A stretch of 64,000 bases of DNA, taken from Patescibacteria group bacterium. GTDB taxonomy: Bacteria; Patescibacteriota; Microgenomatia; UBA1400; PJMF01. Numbering within the stretch: the stretch's first letter is position 1; each line of letters opens with the position of its first letter. Positions 10,262 through 19,111 of the stretch are shown here, piece by piece. The DNA lies in assembly GCA_039934415.1 (NCBI GenBank), contig JBDTME010000007.1:3955-67954 (forward strand), given 5' to 3'. A program made the position numbers and the translations under genes. The notes under the pieces are model-generated. The model was not told where the DNA came from, ran no database searches, and saw only the letters and a list, made by a program, of their open reading frames with translations.

Positions 10262-10768
10262 CTAAAATGGGATGTCATCACTGACATCTTCAACTTTAAT
10301 CTCTTCCATTGGCTCTGGTTCTGCTGCAGGAGCCGCTTTCTTTGGCTTACTTGCAACTGGTTCAGCTAAAGCTTCATCAGCTGGCATACCCATCGCGCCA
10401 TCGTCACTTGGAGTATAACTCCCACCATTACGTGAACTAAGTAACATCATGTTATCGATCACGATCTCGGTTGTTCGACGATCTTCACCTTCCTTTGTCT
10501 TCCAGTCTCGACTGCGAATTCGACCATCGACGTAGACTTTATCGCCTTTGTGGAGCAGTGATCCACAAATCTCGGCTAATTTTGACCAAGCTACAATGTT
10601 GTGAAACTCGGTTTCTTCTTGTCGCTCTCCACCATCACTTGGAACCCAACTGCGATTCGTGGCAATTCCAAACGTCCCTACCGCTGTACCAGTCGGTGTG
10701 AACCTCATTTGTGGATCTCGGGTTAAATTCCCGATCAACATCACTTTATTTAATGAACGGACTGACAT
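10262..10768 (-). CDS. ssb: Single-stranded DNA-binding protein
   Basis: LNKVMLIGNLTRDP, C-terminal DDIPF. Confidence 0.98.
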   Translation of the reverse strand: MSVRSLNKVMLIGNLTRDPQMRFTPTGTAVGTFGIATNRSWVPSDGGERQEETEFHNIVAWSKLAEICGSLLHKGDKVYVDGRIRSRDWKTKEGEDRRTTEIVIDNMMLLSSRNGGSYTPSDDGAMGMPADEALAEPVASKPKKAAPAAEPEPMEEIKVEDVSDDIPF

Positions 10769-10879
10769 AGTCCCTCCTTTTTCCCAGTCGAACGGCTCTT
10801 CAAGTGCTCATCTCTTATTCTGGGTCTCTTTAATATATAAGAACGAGTATATCCCCAATTCTTACAAGAAACTGACATC

Positions 10880-11227
10880 TTACTCTTCATTTTTCTTGTC
10901 TTCACTTGGCGTAGCTGCATCTCGAGCTTTTTTATAATGCTCTTCTTGGATTACAAATAAGTGTCGAATTGCTTGAGTGTTCAATCGAACGTCTTGGTTA
11001 AATGGTTCTACTTCAGCGGTATCAAGTTCGAGTGTGAAGAATAAGTAGTTGGCTTCATCAAACTTCTTGATTTCGTAAGACAATGGTCGTTTTCCCCAAT
11101 TCTCTACAGTGAGAACTTTGCCTTTGTGCTTTTTGATCAAGGTAATGAAAGATTCTTGGATGCTTTGGAGATCATGCTCCAAAAGTTCAGGAGAAAATAA
11201 TGCTACAAATTCATAGACTTTCGTCAT
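10880..11227 (-). CDS. rpsF: 30S ribosomal protein S6
   Basis: YE..., WGKRPLSYEIKK; rpsF-ssb-rpsR synteny. Confidence 0.96.
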   Translation of the reverse strand: MTKVYEFVALFSPELLEHDLQSIQESFITLIKKHKGKVLTVENWGKRPLSYEIKKFDEANYLFFTLELDTAEVEPFNQDVRLNTQAIRHLFVIQEEHYKKARDAATPSEDKKNEE

Positions 11228-11290
11228 GGGTGCCTTTCTGTACCAACACAAGGCTTTGGATCCTGAGTTTCCTCAAGGAGTATTGGTAAG
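11228..11290 (-). promoter_or_regulatory. Structured rpsF leader, candidate S6:S18 autoregulatory element
   Basis: ACCAAUAC/GUGUUGGU stem enclosing UCCUUGAG-GAAA-CUCAGGA; GCCUU can pair with SD AAAGGC; promoter TTGCTC-17-TATAAT upstream. Confidence 0.55.
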
Positions 11291-11347
11291 TATTAAGTTT
11301 GGTGATTATACCAAGAATCTCAGTCTAGAGCAAGCCAGGCAGGCAGA

Positions 11348-11740
11348 TTAGCGGCTTACAGTATGCTTCTGTAACCAGTTCACGATATCTTTCAAAGCTA
11401 AGCCTTCATTATCAACTGAAATACAAAACCGGACAATCTCCTCTTGAGAGGCTCTAATCTGATATCGGTTCAGATTTAGAAACCGAGAAACAATAGCAAA
11501 TGCAGTTCGTTTATTGCCATCAAGAAAAGCATGGTTCATGGTGAGAGAGTGCCATAAGGCTGCACCTTTCTCTAAAATATCCACATATAGATCTTCTCCA
11601 CCAAACGTTGCTTTACATCTCTCTAAAGCCGAGTGCAATAACGCGAAGTCTCTAATACCTTGCTTTCCACCTGCTTCATCAATAATGAACTCATGAATGT
11701 AAAGCACAGCTTCAATAGTTAAAGCTTGATAATTTGTCAT
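11348..11740 (-). CDS. doc: Doc (death-on-curing) family toxin
   Basis: HAFLDGNKR Doc-type Fic motif; GIRDFALLHSAL. Confidence 0.92.
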   Translation of the reverse strand: MTNYQALTIEAVLYIHEFIIDEAGGKQGIRDFALLHSALERCKATFGGEDLYVDILEKGAALWHSLTMNHAFLDGNKRTAFAIVSRFLNLNRYQIRASQEEIVRFCISVDNEGLALKDIVNWLQKHTVSR

Positions 11741-12054
11741 AAATTAGCCAATTTTTTTAAAGATTCTTTGTTCTCTTTAAGAAATTTTTTGGTCCATGCT
11801 TCTAATTCAGGCGTGATTGCGGAAGCCAACTTAGACTTGGCTTCATACTCCACAGCACCACCATCAGCAACCTTCATGACTCCATTGTCAGCTACGGGAG
11901 AATAACTCACGACTTTCTGATCTGGTTGATAGTTCACGGCAACTTGATCACCGGCTTTAACGCCAGTTTGCACAATAAAATCACTATCTAAAGTAATAGC
12001 GAGACTATTGCCAACCTTGATGATTTTTTGATATTTGAGTTTGCTGTTAGCCAT
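11737..12054 (-). CDS. AbrB/MazE-like antitoxin
   Basis: KIIKVGNSLAITL..D...GVKAGDQV; 4-nt overlap with doc. Confidence 0.85.
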   Translation of the reverse strand: MANSKLKYQKIIKVGNSLAITLDSDFIVQTGVKAGDQVAVNYQPDQKVVSYSPVADNGVMKVADGGAVEYEAKSKLASAITPELEAWTKKFLKENKESLKKLANL

Positions 12055-12064
12055 AAATCTCCTT

Positions 12065-12105
12065 TGTTATAACGTAATGTTATAACATAAGGAGTCGCTT
12101 GTCAA
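12065..12105 (-). promoter_or_regulatory. TA promoter with tandem palindromic operator
   Basis: TTGACA on minus strand, then two GTTATAAC palindromes 5 nt apart over the -10/+1 region, then AAAGGAG SD. Confidence 0.7.
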
Positions 12106-12106
12106 C

Positions 12107-13195
12107 TCACTTCCCGATCATGAATTCCACCACGTCCCCTTCATTCATGACGTATTCTTTGCCTTCCATGCGCATTTTGCCGACGTCTTTGACGCCTTTC
12201 CAACCCTGGTACTGCACAAAATCTTCGTACGAGGAAATGTTGGCCTTGATGAAGTGTTTTTCAAAATCAGTGTGAATGACGGCAGCTGCTTGAGGTGCTC
12301 TCATACCTTGATGAATCGTCCACGCCCGTACCTCTAACTCTCCAGCGGTTAAAAAGCTTTGCAAACCGAGTAGCTGATAGGCTTTTTTGATTAAACGCTC
12401 GAGCCCACTCTGTTCTAAACCGAGATCCTTTAAATACGCTTTTTGATCGGTGTCGTCTAAACTTGATAGTTCTGACTCAATCTTGGCTGAAACGATCACA
12501 ATGGCTTCTTCAGATATACCCAGTTCTTTAGCTTGTGCCGCAGCTTGGGATTTGTCACCAACTACACCTTCGTCGACATTGACTACATATAACATCACTT
12601 TCGTTGACAAAAGTGATAATTCTTTGGCGACTCTAGCATGGTCTTCACTCTTTTGAGCAACTTCAAAAACTGCAGTGCGCAACCCAGCATCCGCAGCTTC
12701 TTTCAACTCAGAAACAATGCTCCAGCGCTCTTTTTCGGCTGAAGTAATCGAACTTTTCGGGGGTTTTTGTTTTTCTAAAGTAGCTAAATCTGCTAATAAT
12801 AATTCTGTCTCAATCGTTTCACGATCAGTTTTAGGATCGACACTCCCCTCTCGAATCACATCTGAATCAGTAAAGCCGCGAACCACATGACAAATCAGAT
12901 CAGTTTCGCGAATATGAGATAAAAATTGATTGCCGAGTCCGGCTCCTTCAGATGCTCCTTTGACCAAACCTGCGATATCGACAAATTCGACCGTAGCCGG
13001 CTTTAACACCGATGTATGAACGATCTTCGCCAACACGTCTAAACGCTCGTCTGGAACTGGCACAATGCCTGTATTAGGATCGATTGTGGCAAACGGATAG
13101 TTCGCCGCCAAAGCCTGCTGCCTTTTGAGCAAGGCATTAAATAACGTGGACTTCCCCACGTTTGGTAAACCGACTATGGCAACGGAAAGAGACAT
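12107..13195 (-). CDS. ychF: Redox-regulated ATPase YchF
   Basis: GLPNVGKST, ANYPFATIDPN, DIAGLV, TGS domain. Confidence 0.98.
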   Translation of the reverse strand: MSLSVAIVGLPNVGKSTLFNALLKRQQALAANYPFATIDPNTGIVPVPDERLDVLAKIVHTSVLKPATVEFVDIAGLVKGASEGAGLGNQFLSHIRETDLICHVVRGFTDSDVIREGSVDPKTDRETIETELLLADLATLEKQKPPKSSITSAEKERWSIVSELKEAADAGLRTAVFEVAQKSEDHARVAKELSLLSTKVMLYVVNVDEGVVGDKSQAAAQAKELGISEEAIVIVSAKIESELSSLDDTDQKAYLKDLGLEQSGLERLIKKAYQLLGLQSFLTAGELEVRAWTIHQGMRAPQAAAVIHTDFEKHFIKANISSYEDFVQYQGWKGVKDVGKMRMEGKEYVMNEGDVVEFMIGK

Positions 13196-13228
13196 GAGGT
13201 GGATTATAGCAGAGAGACAGCTCTTTTT

Positions 13229-14413
13229 TTAAAACGCGGATTCTTTATGAACGCCAGGGCGAAGCACTCGGAAAGAGAGTGCAAAACAAACTACCAATAA
13301 ACCTGCGCCAACTAAAAATGGAAATGGAATCGAGACGGTCGCAACTGCTCCACCCAAAATCGGTCCAATAATCATACCAATACTTTGATATGAAGCATTC
13401 AAACCTTGAATAGATCCTTGCGACTTTGAGTCGGCTTCTTGAGATAGAATCGTAGGAATAAGTGTCTGGGTAACACTATTAAACAATGCTAAGACAACCA
13501 TTGCCGCGATAAACATTGGAAGAGAGACTGAAAAGTACATCATCAAAAATGAGATAGCAGTAAAAACGATCGAAACTTGAAACGCCTTACGCATTCCCAA
13601 CGTCTTACTTATTCTCGCCACCAAGAAAGTTTGCGAGATCAGACCAATGAGACCAAAAATCGTAAATAAGACTGCGTTCAGGCTTGGACTGACGTGCAAG
13701 ATGTTCAGAGTAAATGGCTGGAATCCATAAATAAGAGCACATGCAAACGCCATAAAGAACACCAAAGAGATCAAAAAGGTTGCCCCAACGTTCGGGTCAA
13801 ACAAAGTCTTCCATAACAATTGAGGATCAAATAATTTTCCATCCTGAACTTCTCCCATATGCTTATTCGTTTCAGGTAAGAACAATGCGGTCAACACTAC
13901 GGCAACACAGGTGACAGCTCCAGCAATTAAAAATGGAACAGCTGTCCCAAACCCAACGGTGAATGCAGCCACGGCGGGACCAAACACGAATCCAAAGTTG
14001 AAGGCTGCACCAATCAAACCAAATGCTCTTGGTCGCTCCTCTGGTTTAGTCGTATCGGAAATGACTCCAAACGCCACAGGGATATTTCCAGCGGTCAATC
14101 CGTCCAAAGCACGAGCTAAGAAGAGAAAGATAGCACTGGGGGCGAACGCTAACATGAAAAATGATAGAGCTGTGCCTGTAATTGAGATCAAAAGTAATGG
14201 TCTTCGACCATATTTATCTGACATTCGACCAATAATTGGTGTTGAGATAAATTGACACACTGAGTACACGGCAAAAAGCAGTCCGTTTTGAAAATCACTG
14301 AGTCCAAATTTCTTCGAGTAAGCATACATGATTGGGATAATGATTCCATATCCCAACATGTTCACCATGGCGATCAAGGCAATAATAAGGAGATTACGAT
14401 TTGTTTTGAGCAT
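13229..14413 (-). CDS. MFS transporter (TetA/DHA1-like)
   Basis: GRMSDKYGRRP motif A, about 12 TM, GFVFGPAV motif C. Confidence 0.92.
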   Translation of the reverse strand: MLKTNRNLLIIALIAMVNMLGYGIIIPIMYAYSKKFGLSDFQNGLLFAVYSVCQFISTPIIGRMSDKYGRRPLLLISITGTALSFFMLAFAPSAIFLFLARALDGLTAGNIPVAFGVISDTTKPEERPRAFGLIGAAFNFGFVFGPAVAAFTVGFGTAVPFLIAGAVTCVAVVLTALFLPETNKHMGEVQDGKLFDPQLLWKTLFDPNVGATFLISLVFFMAFACALIYGFQPFTLNILHVSPSLNAVLFTIFGLIGLISQTFLVARISKTLGMRKAFQVSIVFTAISFLMMYFSVSLPMFIAAMVVLALFNSVTQTLIPTILSQEADSKSQGSIQGLNASYQSIGMIIGPILGGAVATVSIPFPFLVGAGLLVVCFALSFRVLRPGVHKESAF

Positions 14414-14456
14414 AAGGTTTTTATTATACCAAAAAAAAAGGATAAAAATGGGGAGA

Positions 14457-15647
14457 TTACCTCGACAAGAAAGTCAGCGCTTTACCCAACTTTCCTGCTC
14501 GGCCTGTTCGGCCAATACGGTGAATATAGTCTTCGTAAGTCTGAGGTTCATCATAGTTAATGACGTGCGTAACATTTTCAATATCGATACCTCGAGCTGC
14601 CACATCTGTAGCAAGCAAGACTTGAACGTAGCCACCTTTAATATCTTGGAGCGAACGTTGACGAGCACCTTGAGTTTTGTTTCCGTGAATCGATGACACT
14701 CTAACCCCTCGAGAAACCAAGATCTCTTCCAACTTATTGATGCCATGCTTGGTTCGACCAAAAACGATGACTTTCTTGAATTCTGGTTGCTTCAATAACT
14801 CGTGCAAAACGTCAATCTTGTTACCACCTGGGGCAACTCGAACAACTTCTTGATGAATATGATTACTCGTCACCTTACTTTTGACGGTCACTTGGACTGG
14901 GTCTCGAAGTAAAGAACGCATAATGTCTTCAGTTTCCCGATTAATCGTGGCACTGAAAAAGGCAGACTGTCGTACTTCTGGTAATTTTGAGATCAAAAAC
15001 TTGATGTCTTTGACAAAACCAATATCGAGCATTCGATCAACTTCATCTAAGACGATGTTGGTGAACATTCTGGTATCAAAAGCTCCTCGATTGATCAAAT
15101 CCTTGATACGACCTGGAGTTCCAATCACGAAATGTGGATTAGTGCGTAAGCGTTGAACTTGTTTATCTAAACTAGCTCCCCCGATACACAAACAGACTCC
15201 AATTTTGAGCCCGTTGCTGAACGCTAGTAATTCCTCTTGAATTTGCAGCGCGAGCTCTCGAGTTGGAGCCAGAATGAGTGCACCTTGTTGAGGGTCCAAG
15301 ATGATTTTATGAAGTAAAGGGAGTAAAAAGGCAGCGGTTTTACCCGTGCCAGTATTGGCAATACCTACGACATCTCGCCCTTCCATCAATGATGGGATGG
15401 TTTGATCTTGAATAGGAGTTGGTACGTCATACCCATGTGTGCGAACATTTTGAATCAATTTTGGATCCAAGTTAAATTCGTCAAATGTGTGTTGAGACAC
15501 GTACACCTCTTGTGTCTCTTGCTCAACAGCTTTATTAACGTATTTAGATGGATCGACAGTCGAAACTTGTGAGAATCGACCTCGACTCTGAGGTTGGCGC
15601 CGTCTGGGACTAAAAGAACCAGAACGCCCTTGATATGGGTAAGACAT
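14457..15647 (-). CDS. DEAD-box RNA helicase (RhlE-like)
   Basis: Q motif, TGTGKT, PTRELA, DEVD, SAT, HRIGRTGR. Confidence 0.95.
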   Translation of the reverse strand: MSYPYQGRSGSFSPRRRQPQSRGRFSQVSTVDPSKYVNKAVEQETQEVYVSQHTFDEFNLDPKLIQNVRTHGYDVPTPIQDQTIPSLMEGRDVVGIANTGTGKTAAFLLPLLHKIILDPQQGALILAPTRELALQIQEELLAFSNGLKIGVCLCIGGASLDKQVQRLRTNPHFVIGTPGRIKDLINRGAFDTRMFTNIVLDEVDRMLDIGFVKDIKFLISKLPEVRQSAFFSATINRETEDIMRSLLRDPVQVTVKSKVTSNHIHQEVVRVAPGGNKIDVLHELLKQPEFKKVIVFGRTKHGINKLEEILVSRGVRVSSIHGNKTQGARQRSLQDIKGGYVQVLLATDVAARGIDIENVTHVINYDEPQTYEDYIHRIGRTGRAGKLGKALTFLSR

Positions 15648-15756
15648 ACTTCCTTTGACTTATTACGGAGAGAATGACATTGTCGTGCTCTAGCAGGACT
15701 TCAAACCGAAGATCTACAGTATAGCATGGATTATCCTATAATGCAAAAGAGGCCCC

Positions 15757-15960
15757 CTACTCCTCTTTCATCTTGTAAACAAAATTGACTCTGTGTTTTT
15801 TGTTTAGTAACTTTGCGGCGTATGCTTCTAACTCCTGATTCTGGGGAGTGACAGTAAATGTGCTGTGCCAATAATCTACTTCCAAGTTAAAAGTCTTCTC
15901 TTCCTCATCAACTGCAATATATGTCGCTTTATTTAGATAAAACTCGGTAATTTTTTTCAT
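15757..15960 (-). CDS. Hypothetical 67-aa protein downstream of a Cys-Cys attenuator
   Basis: ORF with GGGAG SD before ATG 15960; no recognisable family. Confidence 0.75.
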   Translation of the reverse strand: MKKITEFYLNKATYIAVDEEEKTFNLEVDYWHSTFTVTPQNQELEAYAAKLLNKKHRVNFVYKMKEE

Positions 15961-15972
15961 GTTTTCTCCCAT

Positions 15973-15997
15973 AAAAAAAGCTCCTCTGGTGGGAGCT
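15973..15997 (-). terminator. Attenuator terminator (3:4 hairpin)
   Basis: AGCUCC-CACCAGA-GGAGCU followed by a U run. Confidence 0.8.
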
Positions 15998-16020
15998 CTG
16001 ATTAAATATAAAAAGACTCC

Positions 16021-16071
16021 CTATTGGATAAAGGAGTTACAACAAATAGATCGGAAACTAAGCGTATTCAT
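16021..16071 (-). CDS. Leader peptide MNTLSFRSICCNSFIQ
   Basis: ATG 7 nt after TACAAT; tandem TGT TGT codons; followed by alternative hairpins and a terminator. Confidence 0.75.
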   Translation of the reverse strand: MNTLSFRSICCNSFIQ

Positions 16072-16116
16072 TGGGTAAATTGTAGCGTTTTTATAAAAGA
16101 AAGCAAGAATTCTGTG

Positions 16117-16305
16117 TCAACTTTTGTCACTCTCTAAACCCATTCTGCGAAACACTTCATAGAAATTGATTGACCATCCCCAACCAAATACGTGCGGTGT
16201 GAATATCCTGTGATCGGCTGGATTCCACATGCGTTCTTTGATCACAGCCCAAGTGGGTTTTCGCAAATCATACGGAATGCCTAAAAATGTCCCGATTTTG
16301 TTCAT
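16117..16305 (-). CDS. DUF5808-like small protein
   Basis: WNPADHRIFTPHVFGWGWSINF matches NPxDxxxxVP..FG.GW.INF pattern. Confidence 0.75.
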   Translation of the reverse strand: MNKIGTFLGIPYDLRKPTWAVIKERMWNPADHRIFTPHVFGWGWSINFYEVFRRMGLESDKS

Positions 16306-16318
16306 GCTGTTCCCCTCG

Positions 16319-16606
16319 TTACTTCTTCTTCAATTCTTCCAGAATTTTTTTGATTTCTCTGAATTGTTGCTCCACCTCTGATAATTTCGCCAAAATGGTT
16401 GACTCCATACTGTCTTCCAAAAAATAATTCAGCGATTGATCTGTCTTGGCAGCAATTTTTTCCAACACTTTTAATGGTGGACTAATTCGCTCGGATTCAT
16501 AAGCAGAAATTGATTTATCAGACACACCAATCGCTTTAGCTAAGTCTTCTTGGGTGACTTGCTTGTATTTGCGAGCTTCTCGAATTTTTTGACCAACTCT
16601 AATCAT
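16319..16606 (-). CDS. XRE-family helix-turn-helix regulator
   Basis: KIREARK..TQEDLAKAIGVSDKSISAYE....P. Confidence 0.93.
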   Translation of the reverse strand: MIRVGQKIREARKYKQVTQEDLAKAIGVSDKSISAYESERISPPLKVLEKIAAKTDQSLNYFLEDSMESTILAKLSEVEQQFREIKKILEELKKK

Positions 16607-16706
16607 ATATATTTAAAACGCGGTGCTAGATCAAACAAATTTGCTATTGACAATAAAACGCTTCGTTGATTAAACTCTATTCTTATTAGAATTAATTCTA
16701 TTTAAA

Positions 16707-17075
16707 ATGGAAAAAATCCTCCTCATTGTCCTCGATTGGAATCTGCGTCAATTATATCATGAGCTGTTACTCACAAGGAATCTTGAAGTAACGCCTATAG
16801 ACAGCATTGAAGATGCAATTGTACTCCTTTCTTTGGGTCAGTTTGAAACCATTGTCTTGTACACAGACGAACAATCACACAACCAGGTACTCACTCTATT
16901 AAGACTCAGAAAAAAATATCCACGATGGCAGAATTTAAAATTCATCATTCTCTCGGCGGATAGTGACGCGTTTCGACAGGAGTTGAACGAAGCAGACTTG
17001 ATCATCAATCCACTTCTGGATTCACCAGTTCAAGTTACAGACAAGATCAAGAAATTCATCAACGATACAATTTAA
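16707..17075 (+). CDS. Degenerate stand-alone receiver-like domain
   Basis: CheY-like pattern (KILLIV, LRQLY, SIEDAI, FIILSA) lacking catalytic residues. Confidence 0.6.
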   Translation: MEKILLIVLDWNLRQLYHELLLTRNLEVTPIDSIEDAIVLLSLGQFETIVLYTDEQSHNQVLTLLRLRKKYPRWQNLKFIILSADSDAFRQELNEADLIINPLLDSPVQVTDKIKKFINDTI

Positions 17076-17080
17076 AATAA

Positions 17081-18160
17081 CTACTCAGCCAAATGCTGTT
17101 TGTAAAACCGCACAGTATTGGACATGGCTTTACTAAAACTGGCTCCAGTAATATTATGCCCACCGCTAGGATACTCGTTGAGCTCATGTGGGACCGTTGT
17201 TTGATCTAGTAATGAATTTAAATCTCTACTGTACCCAATATTTACGACTGTATCGTCAGTCGCGTGGTTGAGTTGGATAGAACCTTTCAGATCATTCAAG
17301 TAGTTCGTTGGGGCCACCAATTTCCAAAACGGACTGTCGACCACAAACTGCCCATACTGCTCCATCAACTGTTTACGTTTATTTTGCTGCTCTGCATTAT
17401 TAGTCGGAGGTCGATAACTATTATCATTAATTCCATACTTGAGTTGATCGCCATACGAATAGACTGCTCCCGCCCAAATTACGACAGCCGGAATTTCTGG
17501 TTTAGCCGCAAAACTCCTCAAAACAACATTCCCTGCCATACTGTGTCCCCATAACCCAATCCTACTCGGATTCACAAACTCAGTATGTTGCAATGCTGTA
17601 TACGCATTCAAGGTATCGACAATATAATCACCTGAGAAGTAAGCTCCACTTGGCGTTCCTTCTGATTCTCCATTCCCTCGAAGATCGATCTTAAACACCA
17701 CAAACCCATTTCTCGCTAGGTTATCGACATACTCTACATATTTTTCAGTTGTTTTATAAATAGTTGGTGGAATGTAGCCATGCACAAATACGATAGCCGG
17801 CCATCCACCAGCAGGCATCTCCCCTTTCGGCTGCGTCAATAACCCTTTAATCTTCAAATCATCAGAATCATAGCTCGTGAGGTAACTAGTATATGTAGCA
17901 TGATCTTGATATTTTTCGAGTTCACCTAAATGGCTTTCATACTCTCTTGTCCGTAAGTATGGAATTGTTAAATCAGCAAAAGGCATGATTACTCTTGGAT
18001 ACAAGGAAACCTCTTCATTTTCTAAAGAGTTTGAAGAATTAGACAGCGCATTTAACGTTTGAGAAAGAGCTGGTTCAAATTTTTTATTGTTGAGTAGAAA
18101 TACAATAGCTGTAGTTGTAACAACACCCAAAAGTATGATGAGGATCAGTTTTTTTTCCAT
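17081..18160 (-). CDS. Membrane-anchored S9-type alpha/beta hydrolase
   Basis: VFVHG, GHSMA nucleophile, DDTV, GGHN triad. Confidence 0.9.
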   Translation of the reverse strand: MEKKLILIILLGVVTTTAIVFLLNNKKFEPALSQTLNALSNSSNSLENEEVSLYPRVIMPFADLTIPYLRTREYESHLGELEKYQDHATYTSYLTSYDSDDLKIKGLLTQPKGEMPAGGWPAIVFVHGYIPPTIYKTTEKYVEYVDNLARNGFVVFKIDLRGNGESEGTPSGAYFSGDYIVDTLNAYTALQHTEFVNPSRIGLWGHSMAGNVVLRSFAAKPEIPAVVIWAGAVYSYGDQLKYGINDNSYRPPTNNAEQQNKRKQLMEQYGQFVVDSPFWKLVAPTNYLNDLKGSIQLNHATDDTVVNIGYSRDLNSLLDQTTVPHELNEYPSGGHNITGASFSKAMSNTVRFYKQHLAE

Positions 18161-18666
18161 GGTAACCGTCTTTTTGTCACTTGTGTGCCCTGCGGTAGTA
18201 CTTGTTTGGTCTTCCTACTTTCTAACGCTTCATTGATGAGCAACACTTGGTTTGTGGGAATCAGCGGTAAATTTTCAAAACTAAAAAAACCATACTCTGT
18301 TACTTCTGAACTCGGATGAAACTCTCCACCGATAAACTCACCGACCACACAGATATCTAGCCGCGCAGTTTCTCGATCTGTTCTCACTTTAATTTGATGA
18401 TCACCACTAACGATCAATCCCGATTCTTCTTCGATTTCACGCTCTAACCCTTCTTGGGGATGCTCTTTTTGTTTTAAATATCCACCTGGCAAACTCCACT
18501 GTACCGCTCGATACGTATGTTTAAAAACTAAAATCTCGTTTTCTTTATTGAAAATAATTCCAGTCACACCAATTAAAAAATTATCCTGAAGCACTCTCAT
18601 GATTGAGAGCTGAAGTCCTTTTGGAAATTGAAGATATCGCCAGAGTTTCGCCAACTGTTTTTTCAA
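18145..18666 (-). CDS. NUDIX hydrolase
   Basis: LPGGYLKQKEHPQEGLEREIEEESG Nudix box. Confidence 0.93.
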   Translation of the reverse strand: MKKQLAKLWRYLQFPKGLQLSIMRVLQDNFLIGVTGIIFNKENEILVFKHTYRAVQWSLPGGYLKQKEHPQEGLEREIEEESGLIVSGDHQIKVRTDRETARLDICVVGEFIGGEFHPSSEVTEYGFFSFENLPLIPTNQVLLINEALESRKTKQVLPQGTQVTKRRLPWKKN

Positions 18667-19001
18667 AGCGATTTCTCATCTACAACTTTTACTTTTTTAC
18701 GAAGTGACTCGTTTTCTAATTCGAGTTGATGGATCTCTCTAGTCAATAGAACTAACTCTTCTTTGACTGACTTGAGTTTTTTATTCTTGCCTCGTAGTTT
18801 AAATTTAGTGGGAATGCTCCCAATAAAAGTTATTAACCAACTCATCGAAACTCCAATCAAAAAAGTAAAGACAACGACCAAGTACAATGGCACATTTTGC
18901 CAAGAGCGAAACACTAACGACACTTCCACCAGTTGTGTATTTTGAATCGCAAAAATTGCAACTACGATTCCAGAAATGATGTAAGCAATCCAAGTAAGCA
19001 T
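18663..19001 (-). CDS. LapA/DUF1049 family membrane protein
   Basis: FAIQNTQLVEV..PLYLV pattern, two TM plus coiled coil. Confidence 0.8.
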   Translation of the reverse strand: MLTWIAYIISGIVVAIFAIQNTQLVEVSLVFRSWQNVPLYLVVVFTFLIGVSMSWLITFIGSIPTKFKLRGKNKKLKSVKEELVLLTREIHQLELENESLRKKVKVVDEKSL

Positions 19002-19111
19002 AAGAATCTAATAATTAATACAAATATGCGTCTAGTATACCTTGTTTTGTCCGAAAGCCATATGAACTGTCTCTGATATAATCAATACAACACTAGTTTT
19101 GAAAGGTCTTC

